Shown piece after piece: positions 1 to 9,747 of a stretch of DNA of 56,482 bases. The first letter of the stretch is position 1. Every line of letters starts with the position of its first letter. The notes below the pieces were generated by a model. It saw nothing but the letters and a program-made list of their open reading frames with translations, did not search any database and had not been told where the DNA came from. Origin of the DNA: Ginsengibacter sp. (lineage in GTDB: Bacteria > Bacteroidota > Bacteroidia > Chitinophagales > Chitinophagaceae); NCBI GenBank assembly GCA_039935935.1, contig JBDTJI010000171.1, forward strand, positions 1 to 56,482, read 5' to 3'. The position numbers and the translations under genes were made by a program.

Positions 1-1
1 C

Positions 2-988
2 ATTGGGAAAATAATCAAGCAAACAGAAAGGCCTTGTACCTGGCTCCCGACGATCAAAAAACCTGGAATAATTTTCTACGCCATTGCAATAACCGAGTTC
101 ACGGATCATTTCCACATCATAATTCACCCGCTCAGAAATTCGTTGCGCTTCAATATATTTCCCGGTTTCTTTAAAATATTCGGTTTGCGCAGCAGCTTCG
201 TCTTGAATTTCGTTCAAGATCTGTTGCAGTTTATCTTTTGGTGCAATGTACAGGTTGGCAGGAAAAATCGCAGCGTTATCCACCTTGGAAATTCGTTTTC
301 CTGAACTCAATTCCAATGTTTCAATACTTTCTATTTCATCTCCAAAAAATGTAATACGGTAGCCATTATCCATGTAGGGCAGATTGATATCCACTGTATC
401 ACCTTTAACCCGAAAAGTGCCCCTGGCAAAATCTCCCTGTGTTCTTGAATACAAGCCATTCACCAGAGAATGTAAAAATCCCTGGCGGCTTATCGTTTGG
501 CCTTGTTCTATGCGTACAACCCCTTCGGCGAAATCCTTGGGATTTCCGATTCCGTATATGCAGCTCACACTGGCCACGACGATAATATCCCTACGGCCGG
601 TGAGTAATTGCGACGTAGCAGCCAACCGCAGCTTATCTAATTCTTCATTAATACTTAAATCTTTTTCGATGTAGGTATCGCTTACCGGCATATAGGCTTC
701 CGGCTGGTAATAATCATAATAAGAAACAAAATAGCCCACTGAATTATCCGGAAAAAATTGCCGGAATTCACCATATAACTGAGCTACAAGCGTTTTGTTA
801 TGCGTGATTACTAATGTAGGCCGTTGTACATTTTGAATCACATTAGCCATGGTAAACGTTTTACCACTTCCTGTGACACCTAACAATGTCTGATATTTTT
901 CACCTTCCAAAATACCTTTGGTAAGTTGTTCTATTGCCTGTGGCTGATCGCCCGCAGGTGAATAAGATGAATTAAGCTGGAATGGCAT
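2..988 (-). CDS. uvrB: Excinuclease ABC subunit B, N-terminal part (runs off the window edge)
   Basis: Manual translation of the minus strand from ATG at 988 gives MPFQLNSSYSPAGDQPQAIEQL...LLGVTGSGKTFTMAN, the UvrB N-terminus and Walker A. Not in the ORF track because it is truncated. Confidence 0.96.
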   Translation of the reverse strand, partial: MPFQLNSSYSPAGDQPQAIEQLTKGILEGEKYQTLLGVTGSGKTFTMANVIQNVQRPTLVITHNKTLVAQLYGEFRQFFPDNSVGYFVSYYDYYQPEAYMPVSDTYIEKDLSINEELDKLRLAATSQLLTGRRDIIVVASVSCIYGIGNPKDFAEGVVRIEQGQTISRQGFLHSLVNGLYSRTQGDFARGTFRVKGDTVDINLPYMDNGYRITFFGDEIESIETLELSSGKRISKVDNAAIFPANLYIAPKDKLQQILNEIQDEAAAQTEYFKETGKYIEAQRISERVNYDVEMIRELGYCNGVENYSRFFDRREPGTRPFCLLDYFPN

Positions 989-1387
989 AGGGATATGCAA
1001 TTTACAAATTACAATGGAAAGGTAGAATTTGCAGATGTGTAATAAAAAGGTAATAATTATCCAGGACGGCGATATTTTTTACCAGCTGATTTTTTTGTAT
1101 GATGCACTGAACTTATAAATACTTGCACTTCCGGCATATTCTTGAGCCAATAGCTTTTTGAAATTGATTTTACCTAATCTCCAATTTTTTGCCGTACTGT
1201 ATCAATAATAAATTCTTTTCTATGAAGTACAAATTTAAGAATATTCAATAGTTTTTCTTAACAGATTTTCTTAAGTGATATACTCATTAAGTCGTAAAAT
1301 GGGACCTGCATCAGTATTATAAATTTGAATGGATCTATAATTCTTCAGCCTTTCCTTTTTTATTAGCTTCATTCATAAATTGAAATT

Positions 1388-1395
1388 TATATTTG
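1388..1395 (+). promoter_or_regulatory. Bacteroidota sigma-A -7 element (TATATTTG) upstream of the helicase gene
   Basis: Exact match to the TAnnTTTG consensus, 44 nt before the ATG at 1439. Confidence 0.6.
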
Positions 1396-1438
1396 CCACA
1401 TCCCGGCATAGATATACCATGAAAAAGAATTTACAATA

Positions 1439-4168
1439 ATGCTTCCTATATTATATTACAACCAGCTTGACCTCAAAAGTGTTCAGAAGAATTTTGATAA
1501 AGTTCTCCATCAATTGGGTAACGGCGACTTCAAAAGCGCCGATGTTCGTAAAATGACCAATACCGGTTATTACCGGGCCAGATTGAATATCAAAGATCGG
1601 CTGCTTTTTACATTTGCATTGTACGATCAACAAAAATATTTATTGCTGCTGGAAGTAATACTTAATCACGATTATTCTAAATCGAGATTTTTGCGTGGCG
1701 CTCAACTTCCTGCCGAAGAAGCGATGCAGCCGCTATTGCATGCTGACGATGTACAACCGGCGGAATTAAAATACCTGAATTACATCAATGATGGTGGGCA
1801 AGCCATTCATATTCTTAACAAATTTATTTCGTTTGATGATTCGCAGCAAGCCATATTTTCATTGCATCCTCCCTTAATAATTGTAGGTTCGGCAGGAAGT
1901 GGAAAAACGGTCCTGGTATTGGAAAAGCTAAAACAATTGAAAGGAAACGTAGCCTACATTTCACTAAGTAATTATCTCGTAGAAAATGCACGTAAAATTT
2001 ATTTTGCCAACGGATACGAGAATGAGGAAAGTGAAATAGACTTTTTATCATTCCGGCAGTATATAGAATCGTGGCAAATACCCGGGGGCAAAGAAATTAA
2101 CTTCGGCGCTTTTGAACAATGGTTTGGCAGGCATAAGCAGCAAATAAAAATAAATGAACCATACCGGGTTTATGAAGAATTCAAAGGAGTACTTACCGGC
2201 TCGCCCCTGCATACTGCATTCTTAAGTAAAGAAGAGTATTTGTCGCTGGGCATTAAGCAATCCATTTTTACGGAAGATAAAAGAGAAGCGGTGTATGCAT
2301 TGTTTACAAGGTACCTGCAATGGATGAAGGAAAACAATTATTACGACAGTAATATACTCGCCTATGAATACCTTGAAATAGTAAAACCACGCTATGATTA
2401 TATAATGATAGACGAAGTGCAGGATATCACCGGCATCCAACTGAAATGTATCATGGAATCTCTTGTAAACAAAGGTAATTTTGTACTTACCGGAGATAGC
2501 AATCAGATCGTTCATCCCAACTTTTTTTCATGGTCTAAAATAAAAACTTATTTATACCATGAAGGGACAAACCATAAGCAGGTGCATCTTCTGCAGACCA
2601 ATTATCGTAATTCGCTACAGGTGGTTCAGTTATCAAACACATTGCTTAAAATAAAAAGCCTTCGTTTTGGCTCTATTGATAAAGAAAGTAATTATCTTAT
2701 TAATACCGTCAGTACACAGAAGGGTGAAGTATTGCTTATGCAGGATAATGATAAAGTAAAAGGAGAGTTGAATCGCAAAACACAAAATTCCACACAGTTT
2801 GCGGTGGTGGTGGCTGATAATAACCTGAAAGCAGAAGCCAGAAAACATTTTAAAACGCCCCTGATTTTCTCAGTGCAGGAAGCTAAAGGGCTTGAATATG
2901 ATAATGTGATTTTGATGAATTTTATTTCCGAAAATCCTGTGGAGTTCAAAGAAATTATAAATGGCGTGAAAGAATCAGATCTGCTTGATGAAACTTTACA
3001 TTATGCAAGGCCGGCTGATAAAAGTAATAAGGATGCCGAAGTGTATAAGTTCTTCATTAATTCATTTTATGTAGCCATTACGCGGTCCATGAAGAATATT
3101 TATTTATTTGAAAGACAGGTCAATCACCCAATCCTGGAATTGTTATCGCTAAAAGAAATGACAAAATCGCTACAGGTAGTTGAGCAAAAATCTGACAAGC
3201 ATGAATGGCTGGAAGAAGCGCGCAGGCTGGAAGAACAGGGAAAGCATGAGCAGGCCGAACAAATAAGGGCTAAATATTTAGGCTACGAATACCTGGACGC
3301 TGAAAAATTAGAACAAATAAAATTACTGGCTCTTGACCCTGCTAAAAAAGAGCATGAAGTAAAAAAAGAAAGAAAGCAATTATTTCAATACGCTGTCAAT
3401 CATCATCACACTCAATGGATAGGCCAATTGGCTCACTTGCAGTTTCAGCGTGCTATGTTGTATATGAAAGAACTTCGCAACGATGGCAGAGAATACACAA
3501 AAAGCTGCCGCCTGGGACGTAGTGAAGAAGTGAAAAGAATAGTACAAAAATATGGACCTGACTTTGCAGAGCCGGACACCGGTATTACCGGCCTGATGAC
3601 TGCTCTTCATCATGGACAGGATGCGATAACGGGTTTATTACTGGAAGCAGATGCAGATATTAATAAGACAGATGCCAAGGGAATGTTTGCTATTGATTAC
3701 CTGCTGCATGGGTATTATAAAAACATCATTTACCGGCATACTTTTACTGCCGGTAAAAATACGTTGTTGAAATACTGGTATCTGGTAAAACCAACATCCA
3801 TTGCCGTACAGGAGGAGAGGCGCATGGTTAATATCGGGGCACAGTCCATGGCATTTTTCCTACTGTTATGTATGCGTTGTATGCAGAGTGATATGGTAAA
3901 TAAAACTACCGTAAAATTCAGGGATGGATCCCGGCAGGATCTGATCACGGGTGAATTTTCTATGGATGAGGTAATGAAATTGGTGGAATGTATGCCGGAT
4001 GAAATACTTCCACTTTACCGGAGGCAGCGCAGTTATGTGAATTCTGTTTTAGCCGGCAATGAGATGGACAGGAACTCCGCTAATAATAAAAAACTGTTTA
4101 AGAGAGTACAGAGAGGTTGCTATATTCTCAATCCTTTTCTGATTTATAAAAGCAATGAAGAGCTGTAA
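1439..4168 (+). CDS. UvrD/Rep-type SF1 helicase fused to an N-terminal RelE/ParE-like domain and C-terminal TPR/ankyrin repeats
   Basis: Helicase motifs: Q (FDDSQQ), I GSAGSGKT, II IMIDEVQD, III TGDSNQ, IV LQTNYRN, V SVQEAKGLEY, VI FYVAITRS. Ankyrin-like GITGLMTALHHGQDAITGLLLEADADINKTD. N-terminal ADVRKM..GYYRARLNIKDRLLF resembles RelE-fold nucleases. Confidence 0.88.
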   Translation: MLPILYYNQLDLKSVQKNFDKVLHQLGNGDFKSADVRKMTNTGYYRARLNIKDRLLFTFALYDQQKYLLLLEVILNHDYSKSRFLRGAQLPAEEAMQPLLHADDVQPAELKYLNYINDGGQAIHILNKFISFDDSQQAIFSLHPPLIIVGSAGSGKTVLVLEKLKQLKGNVAYISLSNYLVENARKIYFANGYENEESEIDFLSFRQYIESWQIPGGKEINFGAFEQWFGRHKQQIKINEPYRVYEEFKGVLTGSPLHTAFLSKEEYLSLGIKQSIFTEDKREAVYALFTRYLQWMKENNYYDSNILAYEYLEIVKPRYDYIMIDEVQDITGIQLKCIMESLVNKGNFVLTGDSNQIVHPNFFSWSKIKTYLYHEGTNHKQVHLLQTNYRNSLQVVQLSNTLLKIKSLRFGSIDKESNYLINTVSTQKGEVLLMQDNDKVKGELNRKTQNSTQFAVVVADNNLKAEARKHFKTPLIFSVQEAKGLEYDNVILMNFISENPVEFKEIINGVKESDLLDETLHYARPADKSNKDAEVYKFFINSFYVAITRSMKNIYLFERQVNHPILELLSLKEMTKSLQVVEQKSDKHEWLEEARRLEEQGKHEQAEQIRAKYLGYEYLDAEKLEQIKLLALDPAKKEHEVKKERKQLFQYAVNHHHTQWIGQLAHLQFQRAMLYMKELRNDGREYTKSCRLGRSEEVKRIVQKYGPDFAEPDTGITGLMTALHHGQDAITGLLLEADADINKTDAKGMFAIDYLLHGYYKNIIYRHTFTAGKNTLLKYWYLVKPTSIAVQEERRMVNIGAQSMAFFLLLCMRCMQSDMVNKTTVKFRDGSRQDLITGEFSMDEVMKLVECMPDEILPLYRRQRSYVNSVLAGNEMDRNSANNKKLFKRVQRGCYILNPFLIYKSNEEL

Positions 4169-4450
4169 AGGACACCGCTCACGGTGTGCGTCCCGGGCCC
4201 GGGGTTTATGTCCTCCAATCCGGCACAATTTGGAATGCAACCGATGTTACTTCAAATGTATAAACATACATTTGTTCTGCACTATTCGTTCAGCCCAATT
4301 TGTAATCTCTTTTATTTTAATAGATTGACAAACGAGATTTTGTTCCCATCAGACATACATTTATTAACAATAGCATGCACAGAATATAAATACAAAATCA
4401 TCCGGGTAATCCTAAAAAATCTACAAAATAACTATTTCAATTCAACCTAA

Positions 4451-4873
4451 ATGAAAGATGACTATTATTATATGCATCGTTGCGAAATATTAGGTGAAGC
4501 AGCAGCCAAAAAAGGAAATTCACCTGTGGGTGCCCTTATTGTAAAGAATGATGAAATAATAAGTGATGCGGAAGAAGCGGGTAAAACTAAAAATGATATT
4601 ACCTGCCATGCAGAGATAGAAGCCATCAGAACTGCAGTAAGAAAGTTGGAGTCACCCGATCTTTCTAAATGTACACTGTTTACCACGCATGAGCCTTGCA
4701 TAATGTGTTCTTATGCAATAAGATTTTATAGGATAAAAAAAATAGTATTTAAAAATTCGGTGGATTACCTGGGAGGGGTTTCTTCATCAATGCCCTTGCT
4801 ACTTGCCCATGACGTGCCGCCGCACTGGGCAAAGCCTCCAGAAATTGTACACCTCAGAAAGGAAGAAATGTAG
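4451..4873 (+). CDS. Zn-dependent nucleoside/nucleotide deaminase (TadA/CDA-like)
   Basis: PVGALIV, HAE and EPCIMC zinc-binding motifs. Confidence 0.9.
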   Translation: MKDDYYYMHRCEILGEAAAKKGNSPVGALIVKNDEIISDAEEAGKTKNDITCHAEIEAIRTAVRKLESPDLSKCTLFTTHEPCIMCSYAIRFYRIKKIVFKNSVDYLGGVSSSMPLLLAHDVPPHWAKPPEIVHLRKEEM

Positions 4874-4973
4874 TATTCAGCAGTTATGTAAATTTTAAGA
4901 AAAAATTTTTTCTGTATCTTTCATGGTACGACCTTTGTGGCATTATAAACAATTAAAACCAAAAAATAATACG

Positions 4974-6068
4974 ATGAACAGAATGCAGAATATACACGAT
5001 CTTGGACAGAGCATCTGGCTTGATTCTTTTGACCGCAAATTGATGGATAGCGGTGAACTTCAAAAACTGATAGATGAAGATGCACTATGCGGGATCACTT
5101 CCAATCCTTCTATTTTTGAGAAGGCGGTGACCAGCAGTTCTGATTATGATGAAGACATCAGGAAATTAGCTAAAGAAGACAAATCTGATGAAGAAATATT
5201 TTTCGGATTTGCAACCAGTGATATTCAGCGTGCAGCCGATATACTTAGACCCGTTTATGATGAGGCAAAGGGCACGGACGGTTTCGTAAGCCTGGAGGTA
5301 TCTCCGCATCTTGCCAACGATACAGAAGGAACGATTAAACAGGCCAGGGAATTATGGAAAACTTTAGACCGTAAGAATGTAATGATAAAGATACCGGGTA
5401 CCAAAGAGGGGTTGCCAGCGATCAAACAATGTATCAGTGAAGGCATCAATATAAATATTACTTTATTATTTGGCCTGCCCCGGTATCGTGAGGTAACTGA
5501 AGCTTATATTTCCGGTATAGAAGATCGTTTAAAAAATAACCAATCTATTGATCACATTGCCTCTGTCGCAAGTTTTTTCCTTAGCCGTATAGATGTGCTG
5601 CTTGATCCTATTTTGAAAGAAAAGAAATTAGACGCATTAGTAGGGGAAGTGGCTATCGCTTCTGCAAAGAAGGCCTACGAAATCTACAAAGAAATTTTCT
5701 TCAGTGACCGCTTCAGGAACCTTGAAAAGAAAGGCGCTAAAAAGCAAAAAGTATTGTGGGCAAGCACCAGCGCAAAAGATCCTTCGTTCAGTGATGTAAA
5801 ATATGTAGAAGCATTGATTGGTCCTAATACAATTAACACACTACCAATGGAAACCATTGATGCTTTTCGTGATCATGGTAATGCCCAGGACCACCTGGAG
5901 AATAATCTGATGAAAGCAACGCAGGAATTACAACAGTTAGAAGATAATGGAATCAATATTGATGAAATTACTCAACAGTTGGAAGAAGAAGGAGTTCAAA
6001 AATTCAACAAGGCTTATGGTTCTTTATTGAAAGCCATTGAAGAAAAGAAGAAGAAACAAACAGCATAG
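4974..6068 (+). CDS. tal: Transaldolase
   Basis: GQSIWLD, GITSNPSIF, VSLEVSP, catalytic-Lys motif MIKIPGT, ASFFLSRID, LWAST. Start placed at the ATG after an A-rich leader rather than at 4923. Confidence 0.93.
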   Translation: MNRMQNIHDLGQSIWLDSFDRKLMDSGELQKLIDEDALCGITSNPSIFEKAVTSSSDYDEDIRKLAKEDKSDEEIFFGFATSDIQRAADILRPVYDEAKGTDGFVSLEVSPHLANDTEGTIKQARELWKTLDRKNVMIKIPGTKEGLPAIKQCISEGININITLLFGLPRYREVTEAYISGIEDRLKNNQSIDHIASVASFFLSRIDVLLDPILKEKKLDALVGEVAIASAKKAYEIYKEIFFSDRFRNLEKKGAKKQKVLWASTSAKDPSFSDVKYVEALIGPNTINTLPMETIDAFRDHGNAQDHLENNLMKATQELQQLEDNGINIDEITQQLEEEGVQKFNKAYGSLLKAIEEKKKKQTA

Positions 6069-6139
6069 TCTTCGACAGCCTTTTACAAGCTCAGGTTGAC
6101 ATAGGCGCTGACAGCTTTTTAATATATAAACTTTATGAA

Positions 6140-7129
6140 ATGAAGAAGATTGCAATTAATGGTTTTGGACGAATAGGAAGGGCATCTTTAAAATTAATAA
6201 TGGATACACCTGAACTTGAAGTGGTAGCCATCAATGACATGCTAACGATTGAAAACGCCGCGTATCTTCTAAAATATGACAGTGCCTATGGAATATACGA
6301 TAAAGATGTAAGCGCTGATGGAGACTACTTAAAGATTGGGGACAAGAAAATTAATTATTTGTCCATAAAGGATCCGGCAGAACTACCCTGGAAAGATCTC
6401 GCAATTGATACGGTAATAGAAAGTACCGGTCTTTTCACTAATCGTGAAGATGCAGAGAAACACATTCATGCAGGTGCAAAACAAGTGGTAATTTCAGGGC
6501 CAACAAAAAGTATAGACACGCCTACAATTGTTCATGGAGTAAATACAGCAGATGGAAAAGTTGCTATCTTTTCGTGCGCAAGCTGCACTACCAATAATAT
6601 AAGTCCGGTTATAGAAATTATTGGCCGCAGAATAGGAATTAAAAAAGCAATTTTAAATACCATTCATGCCTACACGGCATCTCAATCATTGATAGACGGG
6701 CCTTCTAAGAAAAAGCCCAGGATGGGAAGAGCAGCAGCAGTGAATCTGGTACCGGCATCAACTGGCGCTGCTATCGCTACGATCAAAATATTACCTCAAT
6801 ATGGAGGTAAGTTTGATGGAATTGCGATTCGCACACCGGTAGTAGTTGGTTCCATTTCTGATATCACATTTATTGCAGAAAGAAAAACTTCCGCAGAAGA
6901 GATTAATAATATTTTAAAAGAAGAAGCATCAACTGATCGTTATAAAAAAGTGATCTCTGTTTCAAATGAGCCATTGGTTTCCACTGATATTATTCAAAGT
7001 GCTTTTGCTTCTACTATTGATATGGAGATGACGCGCGTAGTAGATGGGGATCTTTGCAAAATAATGGCCTGGTATGATAATGAATGGGGATTTACCAATC
7101 AAATGATTCGTCAAATACTTGAAAATTAA
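6140..7129 (+). CDS. gap: Type I glyceraldehyde-3-phosphate dehydrogenase (divergent second copy)
   Basis: [15 protein letters not shown] catalytic Cys, WYDNEWGF. Confidence 0.92.
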   Translation: MKKIAINGFGRIGRASLKLIMDTPELEVVAINDMLTIENAAYLLKYDSAYGIYDKDVSADGDYLKIGDKKINYLSIKDPAELPWKDLAIDTVIESTGLFTNREDAEKHIHAGAKQVVISGPTKSIDTPTIVHGVNTADGKVAIFSCASCTTNNISPVIEIIGRRIGIKKAILNTIHAYTASQSLIDGPSKKKPRMGRAAAVNLVPASTGAAIATIKILPQYGGKFDGIAIRTPVVVGSISDITFIAERKTSAEEINNILKEEASTDRYKKVISVSNEPLVSTDIIQSAFASTIDMEMTRVVDGDLCKIMAWYDNEWGFTNQMIRQILEN

Positions 7130-7131
7130 AA

Positions 7132-7749
7132 ATGACTCTTATTAAAACCTATAATTTACTTAACGAGTTAATTGGGCGAACGGATATTTATCTTCTTGAC
7201 CAGATCATGAAAGGCCGATACCATCCCCAACAAAAAATACTGGATGCGGGTTGTGGAGGTGGAAGAAATATGAAATGGTTTTTGCAAAACGATTTTGAAA
7301 TATATGGAGTAGACAACAGCCAGGCTGCTATTATTCATTTAAAACAAATGAATGATTCGTTACACCCGCTACGCTTACAGGTGGCTGATCTGGAAAAATT
7401 GCCCTTCGAAGAAAATTATTTCGATCATATTATTTCCAGTGCAGTTTTGCATTTTGCAACTGATGTTGCCCATTTCAAACAAATGTTGGCAGAGATGTTA
7501 CGGGTTTTGTCGTTTAACGGTTCTTTGTTCATAAGAATGGCTTCTGATATAGGTATTGAAAACAAAGTAAAGTTGATTTCCAATGGCAATTATAAGATTC
7601 CGGATGGATCCATGCGGTTTCTATTAACACGCTCCCTGCTCGCCGAATTTATGAAAGAATTCGATCTCAGATTTTTAGAACCTTTAAAAACCACTAACGT
7701 AAATGATCTACGGTGTATGAGTACTTTATTGCTACAGAAAAATAGTTGA
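7132..7749 (+). CDS. Class I SAM-dependent methyltransferase
   Basis: ILDAGCGGGRN motif I, LPFEENYFDHI, VLHF. Confidence 0.88.
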   Translation: MTLIKTYNLLNELIGRTDIYLLDQIMKGRYHPQQKILDAGCGGGRNMKWFLQNDFEIYGVDNSQAAIIHLKQMNDSLHPLRLQVADLEKLPFEENYFDHIISSAVLHFATDVAHFKQMLAEMLRVLSFNGSLFIRMASDIGIENKVKLISNGNYKIPDGSMRFLLTRSLLAEFMKEFDLRFLEPLKTTNVNDLRCMSTLLLQKNS

Positions 7750-7759
7750 ACCCTTATAC

Positions 7760-8467
7760 CTAACTTCTTCCATAAACCTTTATCACCGGTTCTCTTATAG
7801 CACTACCTTCTTTACTTGAATAAAAATAAATAACATCTGCAATTTGAGATGGCGGCACCCAGGTGCTGTAATTTGCATCAGGCATAGATTCCCTGTTAGT
7901 GAGTGTATCAATGATACTTGGCACAATCACACTTGCCACCACATTTCTTCCTTTAGCTTCCGCATTCATAACTTCGGCCAAACGAAATAATAACGACTTG
8001 GAAAAGCTGTATGCCAGAGCGCCCTTCCCCTTTAAAATATCTAATCCCTGACGGGAGCCAACTAAAAAAATACGCCCATTATTTTGCTTCATCATTTGTA
8101 TAAATACCGGCCTCGCAATATTGTAAGCCGTCTCAAAATTCAGTTGATATTGTTTCGCAATATCGCTGGTTTTGGTTTTAGCAATATCGCCCATAGCAAA
8201 GCCACCTGCAGTTAATACTGCCACATCAATTTGTTGATTGTTGTCAACCACTAAATCCACCAACTTTCTACAAGCATCTTCATTCAATAAATCTAACGAC
8301 ACTTCATTGAATCTCTGATTTGTCTGAGCATTCCCTTTTGAATTATTCTTTCCGGAATTTGAATGTACAGTTCCCCAAACCGTATATTCATTGTCAATAA
8401 ATTTTTTTACTACTGCCTTTCCAAGATTTCCCGAGGCTCCCGTTATAATAGCTGTTTTTCCTGCCAT
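7760..8467 (-). CDS. Short-chain dehydrogenase/reductase
   Basis: TGASGNLG Rossmann motif, YSFSK catalytic YxxxK. Confidence 0.9.
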   Translation of the reverse strand: MAGKTAIITGASGNLGKAVVKKFIDNEYTVWGTVHSNSGKNNSKGNAQTNQRFNEVSLDLLNEDACRKLVDLVVDNNQQIDVAVLTAGGFAMGDIAKTKTSDIAKQYQLNFETAYNIARPVFIQMMKQNNGRIFLVGSRQGLDILKGKGALAYSFSKSLLFRLAEVMNAEAKGRNVVASVIVPSIIDTLTNRESMPDANYSTWVPPSQIADVIYFYSSKEGSAIREPVIKVYGRS

Positions 8468-8632
8468 ACATTTGTATTTAACTTTAATACAAATTTATTT
8501 CTTTAATGAATAGGTTGTCATCTGTATTTCCATAGATTCTTTTCTACTATTGAAAGTGCCACTAATGCTTGCCGGACAAATAGATGTAACTTTATGTTGA
8601 ATTTATTTTTTATTAATCTTTTTATCTGGGAG

Positions 8633-9331
8633 ATGACAGCTAATGAAACAAGAATCGAAAAATACACATCATCATTTTTCTCTGTAATTATAACTACCTA
8701 TAACAGGTCTTCTCTTTTAAAAAGAGCTTTGGATTCATTAGTTGCACAAACGGAAACCGATTGGGGAGCAATAATTATTGATGATGGTAGCACTGATAAC
8801 ACTGCTTGCATTGTAAAACCTTACTTGGCGTGGAATAACAAAATTAAATACCTTAAGCAAAAAAGCAAAGGTGCTACCTTCTCAAAAAATACTGGAATTT
8901 TTTTATCAGAAGGAAAATTTGTAACCTTCCTGGATTCTGATGATGAATACAGTGCTGCACACCTTGCAAGCCGGAAAATTATTTTATTAAAAAATAAAAA
9001 AATTGAATTATTACACGGAGGAGTAAAAGTAATAGGAAACCATTATGTGCCGGATCGGTTTGATTATAACAAAATAGTTCCGTTATCCCGTTGCGCTATT
9101 GGTGGTACTTTTTTTATTAAAAAAAACATAGCGCTTTTGTTAAATGGCTTTACTGAAATACCGCTGGGGAGTGATGCAGATTTTTTAGAAAGAGCCAATA
9201 AGGCAGGAATTAATACTATGAAAACGGAATTACCTACCTATCTGTATCATCGTGAAACAGAAAATTCCATTACCAATAATTTAATGAGATGCCAGAAAAG
9301 AATTGATTTTCATAAACAGCAGTTTGGATAA
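8633..9331 (+). CDS. Glycosyltransferase family 2
   Basis: [25 protein letters not shown]. An alternative start exists at 8594. Confidence 0.88.
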   Translation: MTANETRIEKYTSSFFSVIITTYNRSSLLKRALDSLVAQTETDWGAIIIDDGSTDNTACIVKPYLAWNNKIKYLKQKSKGATFSKNTGIFLSEGKFVTFLDSDDEYSAAHLASRKIILLKNKKIELLHGGVKVIGNHYVPDRFDYNKIVPLSRCAIGGTFFIKKNIALLLNGFTEIPLGSDADFLERANKAGINTMKTELPTYLYHRETENSITNNLMRCQKRIDFHKQQFG

Positions 9332-9357
9332 CACCAACGCGCATTAAGAAAAATAAA

Positions 9358-9701
9358 ATGAGTATCAAAAGAGTATATGAAAAGCCTGATCAGCAAGATG
9401 GCTTCCGTATACTGGTGGACAGGTTGTGGCCGCGCGGCTTAACGAAAGAAAAAGCAGCAGTTGATTTTTGGCTAAAAGACATTGCACCCAGTACAGAATT
9501 AAGAAAATGGTTCAGCCATGATCCTGAAAATTGGAATGAATTTAAGAAAAGATATTTTTTTTTAAAAAAAATAATGATGCTGTTATCGTTTTGAAGGATC
9601 ATCTTAAAAAGAAAACAGTTACCCTGGTTTATGCTGCAAAAGAACGAGATCACAATGATGCACTGGTACTTATTGATATTTTTGAAAAAGAAAAACTATA
9701 A
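9358..9701 (+). pseudogene. DUF488/YeaO-family gene, frameshifted at a T9A8 tract
   Basis: Frame 0 reads [30 protein letters not shown] and stops at 9594. The -1 frame after 9570 continues [34 protein letters not shown]..., the family C-terminus, to TAA 9699-9701. Confidence 0.85.
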
Positions 9702-9747
9702 TTTTAGGGCGTTTATGCCCGGTTTTAGCCATTGATAAAATACATAC

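Noticed and set aside
4184-4450. 88-aa ORF between helicase and deaminase as a possible antitoxin
   Set aside because: GTG start inside a hairpin, low-complexity AT-rich composition and no recognisable fold.
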